DNA of 63,610 nucleotides, counting the filler, from Licmophora abbreviata (taxonomy: Eukaryota): assembly GCA_900291995.1 (NCBI GenBank). It is 13 parts of 13 records of this genome, joined end to end, with 100 filler letters (N's around TTAATTAATTAA, not from the genome) between each part and the next. Parts side by side here need not be neighbours in the genome. Positions count along the whole stretch, not along the records: positions 39,714 to 55,320 come from OLMU01004443.1; positions 55,421 to 60,986 come from OLMU01004444.1; 11 more parts are not named here. One strand, 5' to 3'. Shown here one piece after another: positions 45,570 to 55,538 of the stretch. The notes below the pieces were generated by a model, which was not told the origin of the DNA, ran no database searches, and saw only the letters and a list, made by a program, of their open reading frames with translations. Within the stretch, counting starts at the first letter, position 1. The number at the start of each line of letters is the position of its first letter. The position numbers and the translations under genes were made by a program.

Positions 45570-46892
45570 ATGTGCGAACCAACGATTCAGGATACGGGTG
45601 CGCAGCAGCAATCCCGAAGTGCCGCATCGGGAGACCCAGAAGAAGAGGCAGACTTCAGCAAGCTTGCTTCCGCTGTCGGGGAAGACGCCCCCGCGTTTCT
45701 TCAAGGAGAAGATGACGACGAAGTAGACAAATCCCAACCAGACTGCTGGAAAAGAACCCGTCAATCTCTTGTTTCTTTCTATTTCGAGAACGAGTTTCTA
45801 GTTCTCGTCGTCGTTGCGATTCTACTCGCCCGTGCCTACCCACCACTCGGAGCCGACTATCTCCAGCCCCAAATTACAGCCACTTGGATTGCTGTCATTT
45901 TCATCTTTCTCTTGGCGGGTTTGGGGCTCAAGACTGCAGAGTTCTCGAAAGCCTTCCAGCGACTATATTTTAATGCTTTCGTGCAGTGCTTCAACTTTGG
46001 GGTCGTGTCAGCGGTCGTATTCGGCTTCTCACGCGCCATGGAAAAGACGGGAGCGATTTCACAGAATCTGGCAGACGGCATGGTGATCTGTGCGTGTTTA
46101 CCAGTGACCATCAACATGTGCATGGTTCTAACCAAGGCAGCAGGAGGAGATGAGGCGTCTGCAATCTTCAATTCCGCGTTTGGTAACCTAGTGGGCGTGT
46201 TCTTGGCGCCAGTGCTGATTCTGGGATACATTGGAGTCACTGGAGACGTGGATCTTGTCGAAGTCTTTTACAAGCTCGCCCTGCGAGTGGTCCTGCCCAT
46301 TGTGATTGGACAAATACTACAGAAAACGTCCAAAGGAGTCGTGGGGTTTGTCCAAAAGTACAAGAAATGGTTCAAGAAGGCTCAGATGTACACTCTGGTC
46401 TTCATCGTCTACACCGTGTTCTGCAAAACTTTCGAAGACGAAACTGTATCAAGTATCGGAGAGATCTTCATCATGATTGCCTTTCAGTTTGTTCTACTCT
46501 GCCTTGTCATGCTGTTAGCATGGTACTCTCTCAAGTTCCTCTTTCCGAAGGAGCCGCGCTTGCGAGTCATGGGGCTGTTTGGATGTACGCACAAGACGGT
46601 GGCCATGGGTGTGCCGCTGATCAACGCAATCTATGAGGGAAATCCGAATGTGGGGATCTACACGCTCCCATTGCTGATTTGGCATCCCATGCAGCTGGTC
46701 ATTGGCTCGGCTCTGACGCCTCGGCTGTCGGCCTTTGTTGATCGGGAAAAGGAACGACTGGGGAGTGTCGGTGATGACGAAGACGGAGGCGAGCTTCCAG
46801 TGTCAGACGGACAACCCGTAGAACCGAATCAACCTGCTACATCCGCTGAAGAGGAAGAAACGACGCAACATCGAGACGAAGAAGCACCATAG
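45570..46892 (+). CDS. Sodium/bile-acid cotransporter family (SLC10A7/BASS-like)
   Basis: [58 protein letters not shown]; about 10 TM segments. Confidence 0.9.
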   Translation: MCEPTIQDTGAQQQSRSAASGDPEEEADFSKLASAVGEDAPAFLQGEDDDEVDKSQPDCWKRTRQSLVSFYFENEFLVLVVVAILLARAYPPLGADYLQPQITATWIAVIFIFLLAGLGLKTAEFSKAFQRLYFNAFVQCFNFGVVSAVVFGFSRAMEKTGAISQNLADGMVICACLPVTINMCMVLTKAAGGDEASAIFNSAFGNLVGVFLAPVLILGYIGVTGDVDLVEVFYKLALRVVLPIVIGQILQKTSKGVVGFVQKYKKWFKKAQMYTLVFIVYTVFCKTFEDETVSSIGEIFIMIAFQFVLLCLVMLLAWYSLKFLFPKEPRLRVMGLFGCTHKTVAMGVPLINAIYEGNPNVGIYTLPLLIWHPMQLVIGSALTPRLSAFVDREKERLGSVGDDEDGGELPVSDGQPVEPNQPATSAEEEETTQHRDEEAP

Positions 46893-47150
46893 AGAATAGA
46901 GAGCACTGTTAGATGACCGCACTACTATCAATTTTTGCGTTCGGCTGTACTCGTACCGTCTGGTAGTCTCCCGGTACTAGTCGAGGACGCACAGACCGCG
47001 GCGCCCAACACAGCATGCAGTGCCATGGCATTTTTTTTGACAATGGATCCTTGTTCACACCAAGGCACACATTGTGAACAAGCAAGCTAATGCGTGAAAG
47101 CCGATGGACACCAACATTAATAACGATCTAGATATCATAAACTGTTGCCA

Positions 47151-47852
47151 ATGCGTGACAGAAGCACCAAGCTACATTCAATCGATCTTCATGAAGCCGA
47201 CTCGCAAGTCGCTACTAATAGCGCAACCAGTGATACGCACCGTTTCGCGGCATTGGTGAACGGCATTCAAGGATTGAGAGTTCCAGGGAGCAAGGGCAGA
47301 CGGCACGGTGGTGTTCCAATAATTTCGGGCTTGGACAAGGTCGCCTTTGGCACGCAGGCTGCGTCGGAAGTCGTACAGGTTTGCGGTATTAAGCCTCCCA
47401 AGTACCTCTGGTACATGATTTCGGGAGCCCTTTGCGATGTTTTACAGTTTCTTATTGACTACGCCCTTCACTTCTATGTGGCAGATGCCAGCGCTTGTTG
47501 GGCGTTGAGTTTTACCATGAGCATCGCGGCGCGGCACACCACCCATCGCTACCTCGCTTTTGGAGACTACGTTGGCGGGTACTGGAGAAGTCTGCGTCGC
47601 ATTTACGCCGGCTACTCGTTGACCATCGTATTGTCGACGCTATTCAATATCTTAATGACGCGTGGGGTCAGTTTTCCTCATTACGTGGCGTGGGTCTGTA
47701 CACAGCTGTGGACTGGGATTGTGAACTACTTCATTCTCAAGAAGCTCTGGAGTTTTGGGGGCGCGCCACCGTCTTCTCGAAGACAGGGGAGGGCTTTCAT
47801 TTCCAAGACAAGTGCCGTAGAAAGCTCTCTGGAACTTACAGAAGGCCCGTAG
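47151..47852 (+). CDS. GtrA-like small membrane protein
   Basis: Four hydrophobic helices with YMISG..., HRYLAF and NYFILKKLWSF, the GtrA two-repeat pattern. Confidence 0.7.
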   Translation: MRDRSTKLHSIDLHEADSQVATNSATSDTHRFAALVNGIQGLRVPGSKGRRHGGVPIISGLDKVAFGTQAASEVVQVCGIKPPKYLWYMISGALCDVLQFLIDYALHFYVADASACWALSFTMSIAARHTTHRYLAFGDYVGGYWRSLRRIYAGYSLTIVLSTLFNILMTRGVSFPHYVAWVCTQLWTGIVNYFILKKLWSFGGAPPSSRRQGRAFISKTSAVESSLELTEGP

Positions 47853-48320
47853 AGTAGACCAGCTAGCAGCTTCTTTGTTGGGACTTAAGGTTTTGAGACC
47901 AAGATCTACTCACGATTGTGGCAGCCTGTGACAGACGCGCACCTTGCGTGCCGGCGCAAACACGATCCCTCCGAGCGTTGAGTCTCTACAGCGAACCAGA
48001 AACCGGTACCACCAGCAACTTACATGTATTCAAACAAATTTTTCGTTTTCCAGTGTATTGCCATGTACCTCGTGCTGGCTTGACCACAGCAAAATGCTGG
48101 ACTAGCAGCCAGTCTATGGTTGTTCCTTTCTATGTTAAAAGTGAGCTAGGCACATCTTCTCATCAACACCGGCAAAGTAGAGTTTCTATAGAGCGTCCTG
48201 ACAAAGGTATGTTGCGCTTAGCCAAAGGTTACACTCTGTATCTGCTAATGTAGTTTGTCTCTTTTCAGGACGGTCAGTGATTGTCTACTCCATCCGTCAC
48301 GCGTTGTAGCACGTCGCTCA

Positions 48321-48386
48321 ATCGCGAGATCACGAGCTCTCTGTGTTTTACAGCCATTCATCTTTGTATCGCGAGATCACGAGCTC
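48321..48386 (+). repeat. Perfect 19-bp direct repeat ATCGCGAGATCACGAGCTC (48321-48339, 48368-48386)
   Basis: Read directly from the sequence. Confidence 0.9.
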
Positions 48387-48603
48387 CTTGCGTTGCGCAA
48401 AACATTTTGAAAGCCGAGCCCACCGAGCTCGAGCCAGCCCCACTTTGCAAGATTGGAATACGTTAAGTAAATCGAAATATATTATTCATGACCGTATACC
48501 TATCGACCCCGATCTTCTCGCAACGAGCCGAAGGAAAGCTCACAATTTCGAGAACAAGTGCTTGTCACACCCCCCTTTTGAGTCTTTCTTTCATCAAACA
48601 ATC

Positions 48604-49269
48604 ATGGCTGCTTCCAAACTAAGCGTCTCTGAACGCCAGCACCGCAAGCGAACTGCAGCTAGGCTTCGTCAGCAGCGATGTAGAGCTCGCAAGCGCCTTG
48701 CGCAACTTCAAAAGCAGAAGATACCTCCGTCGCCAAGTACAAAGCAATCTCGCGTGAAGTCCCTTCCGCCGAAAAAACGGATTCCTTCGATTATCACCAC
48801 ATCATCTCCCATCACTCTCCCCTTAACTCAACCAGAGACTGTCAGTGGGGCCGTAAGTCTGGACTCCTGGAGCGATTACAACTTCCCACGCTCCAATCTG
48901 GATCGGTCGAACTCATTTGATTCGAACGAGTCCTGCTCTGACAACAAGACGGACTCGTCTTCCCTCTATTCCGCGAACAGCTCCCCTTCGCCTCTACCTT
49001 CATCCCCAAATTTGCCACTTCAAGAACCCACGACCAAGCTGTCCAACAAGAACAAGGAATTCCTGGCCGTCGATGCTATGCTGTCGCTAGGACGACCGAC
49101 CAACACTGGTTGTATGCATGGGATCGTCAAGCCCCTCTCCCGCTACCCTACTCCGATGTCTGCCTGGCTTCCATACATGTTGACAGAACAACCAACATTC
49201 TACCCCATGATCCAACATCGCGGTTCATTCTCTACAGAATACCTGTATCACGTCCCCCGAGCCGCATAG
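48604..49269 (+). CDS. Putative transcription regulator with a bZIP-like basic region
   Basis: RKRTAARLRQQRCRARKR basic helix, LPPKKR, Ser-rich tract, AVDAMLSL motif. Confidence 0.6.
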   Translation: MAASKLSVSERQHRKRTAARLRQQRCRARKRLAQLQKQKIPPSPSTKQSRVKSLPPKKRIPSIITTSSPITLPLTQPETVSGAVSLDSWSDYNFPRSNLDRSNSFDSNESCSDNKTDSSSLYSANSSPSPLPSSPNLPLQEPTTKLSNKNKEFLAVDAMLSLGRPTNTGCMHGIVKPLSRYPTPMSAWLPYMLTEQPTFYPMIQHRGSFSTEYLYHVPRAA

Positions 49270-49944
49270 CTCGAGCGACGGCCATAGCTATCCTCTAGCC
49301 AAACAAGCTGGCCGAGATCACGACGATCAAAAACAGCACTCGCCCGTGTTTATAAACACAATACATAGATCTTAACTTCCTTTTCGTGCTAGGCTACGCC
49401 TTTCATTGAAAATACTAGCGTCACTATCATCATAAAAGGTTTACTAAAGAGTGTTAGAATCAATTGGGGTATGTTCGCATGCTCGTCGCCAAACGTGACA
49501 TCCACGAGCTCTCTCTTCGATCCGGAACAATGAACACCCTTCCGTCTGCACAGCGCCCGTTCACCCTCCGGGTACTCTTGGTGCTGAGCGCTCTCCGCCA
49601 CCAATGAATGAACTTTTTCGATACACTGTACGAGGTTCTACGTAGAATCTACGCAACTCGGAATTTCGAAGTGTGTCTCTAGTCCATCAGTCACCATCAC
49701 ATCGGCACACAAAAAGTGATGGCTATGTTGTCATCAATGGCACGTAGTTGACGGTTGATTGATTGTCTTTCGAAACTTGTGAGAGACCTTGAGGTCCCAT
49801 ATTTGCTCTCTGGAGGTGCCAGGATATCTCTGGTGAAGCTGCATTGTGCCAGACGGACTGAGTTCCATTGCCCCATCCTAGCACACTCAACTCCAATCAC
49901 CCGCATTTGGTGTCGTCTCACCTGGACAGCAAAGCACAAGCAAA

Positions 49945-51754
49945 ATGACAATACCACCAAACTTCAGAGCATGTCGACGGAGAAAATCAATAGTCCAGAC
50001 TTCCAGACAAATACTGAGGCATACCATTTTGATGACCACGTTTGGCCTAATTTTACGTAATACTGCCACAAGCACGGACGCTTTTTCTCTCGACAGGATA
50101 TACCCGGCGCAACACAGGTATCGGCGTCCCCTGTTTCGCTTCAAATCTTGTCTCCGCATGAAATCTAGCGACAACGCTGAAGGGGGCGAACGAAATAAGA
50201 ATACGGGAAAGCGGAAAAAGAAGAAGGTTCTGAAAATCGACTCGAAAGAGGACAAGTTCACGGGGCCTTCACGAGTAGAGGCCGAGCTGCTGGGGCGTGT
50301 GGGGAAACTGGAAGAACTGGTGGCGCGACAGGAAATCGAACTTCAGAAGCTGAGGCATGAATGCTCAACCTTAGCAGAAGCAGCAACGGCCTTTGGCAAG
50401 GTCGTGGAGCTGCTACGACAAGCCGGACTGGAAACTCCCGAGGTGCAACCACTGACACAAGAAGCACAGCCAGCAGAAACACCATTGCCGGAGAGCACCG
50501 CGAACAAGACGACAACTCAAGTGGGGAAAACAACCATGGAATTCTTTGACGATAGCGAGATCTTCGGGACGGCCCCAGCATCCGTTATTGATGCGGCAGA
50601 CTCTGCGGGCGCAGCAATTTTGGCCGGAATGTTAGGTGGAAAGCAGAGAATGCTCGTAGACGTACGTGACGCCGAACTCAGTCGGGACCCCGAGACGCTG
50701 GTCCAGTTCATTGAACTTGCAATTCTTCCGGTAGCAGCTGGACTAGAGGGACTCAAGAGTGCTCGAAATCGCGTCAAGATTGTCTTTCCTACTGTCTCTC
50801 AGCTGTTACAATACCGCCGAACGATGGCCCTTGCCGCACCAGATGTTGTCACCCTCAGCACGTTGGGGTTTGATCCGATCGAGAAACAGGACAACATTGT
50901 CGTCATTGTTGCCCCGTCACCAGATGACGAAGAAGGTCTCATGGCTATGAACGAGCTTCTTGAGCCGACGGATCCAGAAAATATGTCCATAGGGCAACCG
51001 CTTGTGATTTTGAATCACCACATGGTGCCTGTAACAGGTCCAGCTGCCTCATTCGAAGTCGCATATCACCTGCGACTCCTAAGTGTTCAGTTCATGACTG
51101 GAAATAAGGCCCCTGAGAACTTTCAGAGATGGGACGAGGATGTCAAGGGAAATAGGAAGCAAAATCCAAAAGGCGAAGTCCAGAGCGGGGAAGTCATATC
51201 TGGAACGGAAGGTGAAGCTCCGGCAATTGGTTCCGAAGGACGCCAAGAAGATGACGAAGCCCTAGAAGCCGCAATGAAACACGCAGCTGAGCTGGGTGTG
51301 AATCAGGGAGTTACCCGCGCCATGGTCATTCGAGCCTTTCCCAGGTAAGGATTAGGGTGTAGCGGGATCCGTCTGCACATTCCTTGTGTTCATTCGGTCG
51401 TCCTCATTCATTTGTCATACCTGCCATTAACGATTCAGGCCATGGCACGTCTTTGTTGATACGTCGCCCGACAGTGACGCTGACTTTGAGGTTGCTGCCA
51501 CATTCGACGAGGAACCGTCCCAAGAGGCTGTCAACTACGCGATTGTGGAGTGCCTGGAAGGGAGCGAGCATGAAGATGAGATCGTCGCCCAACAGATGCA
51601 ACAAGCACTTGAAGAAGGCCAGCTCGATCGTGTATCGGAAATGTTAGGGACGATGTCAGCATTCGAGACATCGACAGACGACGAACAGGAGACTGACAAG
51701 GAAGACACTGAATCAGATGACTCAGACAACGATGGAGACGACGCTACGCCATAG
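49945..51754 (+). CDS. Plastid-targeted DUF1995/LPA3-like protein; intron 51345-51438
   Basis: TDA|FS cleavage motif; IVFP, VIVAP, PLVILN, AYHLR, RAFPR|PWHVF, ATFDEEP pattern; N-terminal coiled coil. Confidence 0.65.
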
Positions 51755-51813
51755 CTAGTATTTGTGTTTATCTGTAACAGTGCTATTGTACCAACATATT
51801 TATTCTGTACTCT

Positions 51814-53474
51814 CTAAGATACTGCATTGGTAGATAGGAGACGCTCGAGTTTGGCCTTCTCTGATAGAGCTTCGCTCAGCTGTTTCTGCAGTGCCTGCGT
51901 TTTCGCAACAGCCGCCGTCAAGCCCGTCATCATTTGAGCCTTCAGATCGTTGACTATCTGCTGGACACTAGCGTCAGATTCTTCTTTCTGCTTCCTTAGG
52001 TTATCATTGACCTCACGAAGCTTGCGCATCTGTGGTCACGCGAAAGGAGCGTTAGAGTCGAATTATACAATTGCGGGTGCGAGGCCGCACGGCGAGTCGA
52101 GCTTACTTGCCTCATCAAACAAATCACGGAAGGGAGTGACCCGCTGATCATAAGATCGTCGTATCACTTGAAGGTGACCTTCCAATCTCTTGTTCTCAAT
52201 ACGGAGCGAGTTGATCTGTGATCGAAGCGCGGCAGACTCTTTGCTGGATTCGACCGGATCTCTCTTACAAGAAAATTCCGGTATAGACTCCAGAATAGCC
52301 CTGTCGTTGATTCTCAACACTTCATTTGGCACCTCCAGTAGCTCTTCAGCCTCGGTATCTTCCGCTGTTGATATTTCAGAGGCGCTCGATGACTGCTTCT
52401 CCTCTGACTCGTTTCGGGCGAATCTTCCAGAGCGCTTGCCGCAGGTGGTGCTTGCCCAAAAATGGAGTCCTTCCTTCTCTGGTGACATTTCCTCCTTGTC
52501 GGCTCATCGTTCAGCACTTCATTGCGCCAGTCCAGTTCGCCTTCATCGTCATCAAAAGAGCCACTAGAAGTTTGTTCCGCAGCAAATGATTCAATCCGCT
52601 CCTCATCGATTGCCACCCCTTTCTCAGTTCCTGGAGCGCCTTGAACACATTCATCCTTTCTCGTCACAGACTTTCGAGTCGATTCCGCTGACGACTCATG
52701 AGATTGTGTGCGTTTGGACGACACGACAGAAAGTGGCGATGGAACTTCACGATTTTCCAAAGACACAACCATTCCAATCAGGTCGTCGGTATGCATCGCG
52801 TGTCCTCCAGTGCAGGAGTCGGTTGATGGTGACTTGGCTGAGGTTTCTTTCGATCCCATTGTTGCAGCGAGTGTCGATTTTGGACCAGAGCTCGCGGCCG
52901 ATCTTCCTAGCGGTACGTTAGCATCTTCGTTTTCACTGTCACTCAATCTTTGACGTGTGGACATGTCGTCTCCTTTAGCACTGCATTCCAACTTTCGTTG
53001 CGCAACTAGACTACCTCTCTCTTCCAATGAGCCACTACGTCGCTCCCCCCGGGCAACTTCACCCTTCCCCAGAGTCGAAAGCGGTCGCCTACGACTGGTA
53101 ACAAAACTGGGTCGAAGGCTGCTACTACTGCTGCTTCCGGTCGGATGCTGTTGTTGAGAGGCAGTCACGCTACTTCTTGCCGCCACGTATGGACTTCGAC
53201 TCTTGATAATGTACGGTCGAGGAAGTTGCACTGCCCCGCCAAACGACTTGGAAGCTGCAGAGTTCTCTGTGTTTTGAGACGACGCATTAGTGTAGCTCTT
53301 GTTGCTCAATCGTCGTGCACTTCCGAGACTCCGGGGTGTTTGGTAGCTGCTGAGGGTGATGGTGCTGAGAGGAGTGCCGCTGGAATTGCGTTTCTGTTTG
53401 CCCTGCTTTTTCTTCTTTTCGAGCCAGAACGCCAGTTGTTCTTCCCTTGACAGCTGCGGGGACGGTGTCGTCAT
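51814..53474 (-). CDS. Low-complexity protein with C-terminal coiled coil; frameshift ~52413; GC-AG intron 52030-52110
   Basis: Three consecutive ORFs joined by one homopolymer correction (SPE-NESEEK) and one intron (FDE|MRKLRE). Confidence 0.65.
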
Positions 53475-53799
53475 GATGAGAGGACAAAGCGTACGTTCGC
53501 TTTCGATGAGACGACTACGAGTATAGAAAGAGAGAGAGCACAAGTCAGGAGAGATTCGACATTCGATGAGACGGTTCGAACACGGCATTCAAATTCAACG
53601 TGCGTTTCGTACTGAGCTCTACGAAGAGCAACGACAAAAAAAGGTCCGTCAGTCATCGGTCGTAGATCGCGTGCGCGGCGTTGTTCGCGCTCTTGACGAC
53701 ACACTCTCACAAAGATCCAAAAACAAAAAGAGATACCACTGCATTCCCATCACAGATTACCGAGGACAGCGTCGACTGTCTAAGCTCATTACGATCAGC

Positions 53800-54195
53800 A
53801 TGATGCACGGAGGAGGATTCGGAGAGGAGCAGCCGGATCCTACAGAAGCCGAGGTCGGGCACTTCCTCTCGAAAAGTGAGCTTCTCGAATGGCACGGGCA
53901 GATGCAGGAGCGATACCCGCAGATCTTCACGCCAGACGACAAGCTGTTTGGTGACGATGGCGAGCAGCACCCACTGGGAACACAGCTGATGGCCTACTTT
54001 GACGATGACCCAGAGAAGCCAATGCGTGTGGAAGTGATGGGGTCCCGGTGGAAGATCGAGTTCCGTGACAGGTCGCCGGTGTACATCGTGAGATTCAAGG
54101 GAAGTGCCGAACTCACGCAGCTCGAGCTGACCAGTGCGCACGAGGAGGGAGGCTGGACGGTGGGATGGGATCGTCCTCCTCCTGCTGCCGGCTAG
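53800..54195 (+). CDS. Small hypothetical protein (131 aa)
   Basis: ATG-initiated ORF with GC3-rich coding-like composition; no family recognised. Confidence 0.6.
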   Translation: MMHGGGFGEEQPDPTEAEVGHFLSKSELLEWHGQMQERYPQIFTPDDKLFGDDGEQHPLGTQLMAYFDDDPEKPMRVEVMGSRWKIEFRDRSPVYIVRFKGSAELTQLELTSAHEEGGWTVGWDRPPPAAG

Positions 54196-54301
54196 TACTC
54201 ATCAGAACGTCGAACCAAGCTTTGTTAAAGGACACCAAGGACAGGATTACTACAAGTTTGTTGGCGATTGTCTTCATCAAAGCACATAGTTACACAACAC
54301 G

Positions 54302-54377
54302 GATCCACTGTCTTGTCACGGGAATAATACTGAATAGTTCATGCCATTCTTCAAAATCCCGGTCATTCATCAGTATC
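54302..54377 (-). promoter_or_regulatory. SECIS-like element in the 3' UTR of the DsbA-like gene
   Basis: Minus strand: ACTG..ATGAC-CGGGATTTTG-AA-GAATGG(catgaa)CTATTC-AGTATTAT-TCCCG-TGAC..CAGT, giving an AUGA/GA core, apical AA 11 nt after AUGA and a type-II mini-helix. Confidence 0.65.
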
Positions 54378-54397
54378 TGATTCCGCGAACGCAACTC

Positions 54398-55153
54398 TTA
54401 CTCTTCAGCGGCATCTTGTAAGCATTCAGCAATGATATCCGAGGGCTGTGCTCCCGAGAAGGCCACAGGGCGCCCGCCCTTGTTCTGCTCAATGATGAAA
54501 AAAGGGACACCGGAGACACCACCTTGTTTCCAGTTGCGATCCTTGTACAGGACGCCATCGCGACGCTCCTCGTCTGCCATGACTTCCTCCGCCGTTTCCT
54601 TCGGCACCTCGTGTTTGGAAGCAACCTCGGCAAGCAACGCACTGTCGTTGATGTTCTCTCCGTTTTCAAAGTAACGCTTGTACAAATCCTCCATTAGATC
54701 ATTGGCCGCATCATTCTTATTGTTTTCTTTCAGATACTCCACAAGGGTGTGCGCCTTGATCGTAGGATAAATATTCCGGTCGTTCGTAAACTCGATTCCC
54801 ACCGCACGACCACTCTGCCGCAAGGACGAATTCGGATCCCCAAATCGCCGAGTCGCACTGGGACCATACTTCTTCTCCAAGTGCTCCATGATGGGCTCTC
54901 CCTCGTCCGGAAGATTGGGATTCAGAAGAAAGGGCTCCCACTCGTATCGGACTCGCACGCCAGACTCTTCCACCGCCGTCTGCAAATGGCGCAGTCCGAC
55001 GTAGCAAAAGGGTCAGACAACGTCGCTGACAATCTTGACATTCACGGCTTTGGGCAGTGTACTCATGGCAGCGGCAGCGGCAGCAGCAGCAGCAGATGAA
55101 CTCATTCCTAGTAGCAGTAGTAGTAGTATGGTGAGGGACAGAGGCAGGATCAT
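54398..55153 (-). CDS. DsbA/FrnE-like thioredoxin-fold oxidoreductase, probable selenoprotein (UGA=Sec at 55013-55015, UPFC)
   Basis: MILPLSLTILLLLLLG...MSTLPKAVNVKIVSDVV-TGA-PFCYVGLRHL...WEPFLLNP...SGVPFFII...FSGAQP, continuous in one frame apart from the TGA at the catalytic Cys position. Confidence 0.9.
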
Positions 55154-55538
55154 GGGAGAGCTTGAGTAATGGGAATGGACAATAGACCAGGCGTCTGGCG
55201 TCGCGGCCCGGCCGACTGCTCGACGAACGACAGCGAAAGGAGTCGGTGAGTCGAGTCAGTCGTGACTCGGTCAGGCGTTGTTGGGACTCGACGCGGTCTT
55301 CTTCTCTTCACAATCAACATNNNNNNNNNNNNNNNNNNNNNNNNNNNNNNNNNNNNNNNNNNNNTTAATTAATTAANNNNNNNNNNNNNNNNNNNNNNNN
55401 NNNNNNNNNNNNNNNNNNNNGGTAGAGTAGGACAGTGAAGGTACCTAGACCTGGAATCGTTCGCCCATTCTAGTAGTATTTGCCGTTCGGAACACTACAG
55501 AGAAAGAGACGATGCGACGTTAGGAGTTCTAACATAAG

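Noticed and set aside
55013..55015. DsbA-like gene as a pseudogene or genome-wide TGA reassignment
   Set aside because: The only disruption is at the catalytic Cys codon, a SECIS-like hairpin follows, and TGA serves as a normal stop in other genes here (arginase, IDH, alpha-SNAP uses TAG).
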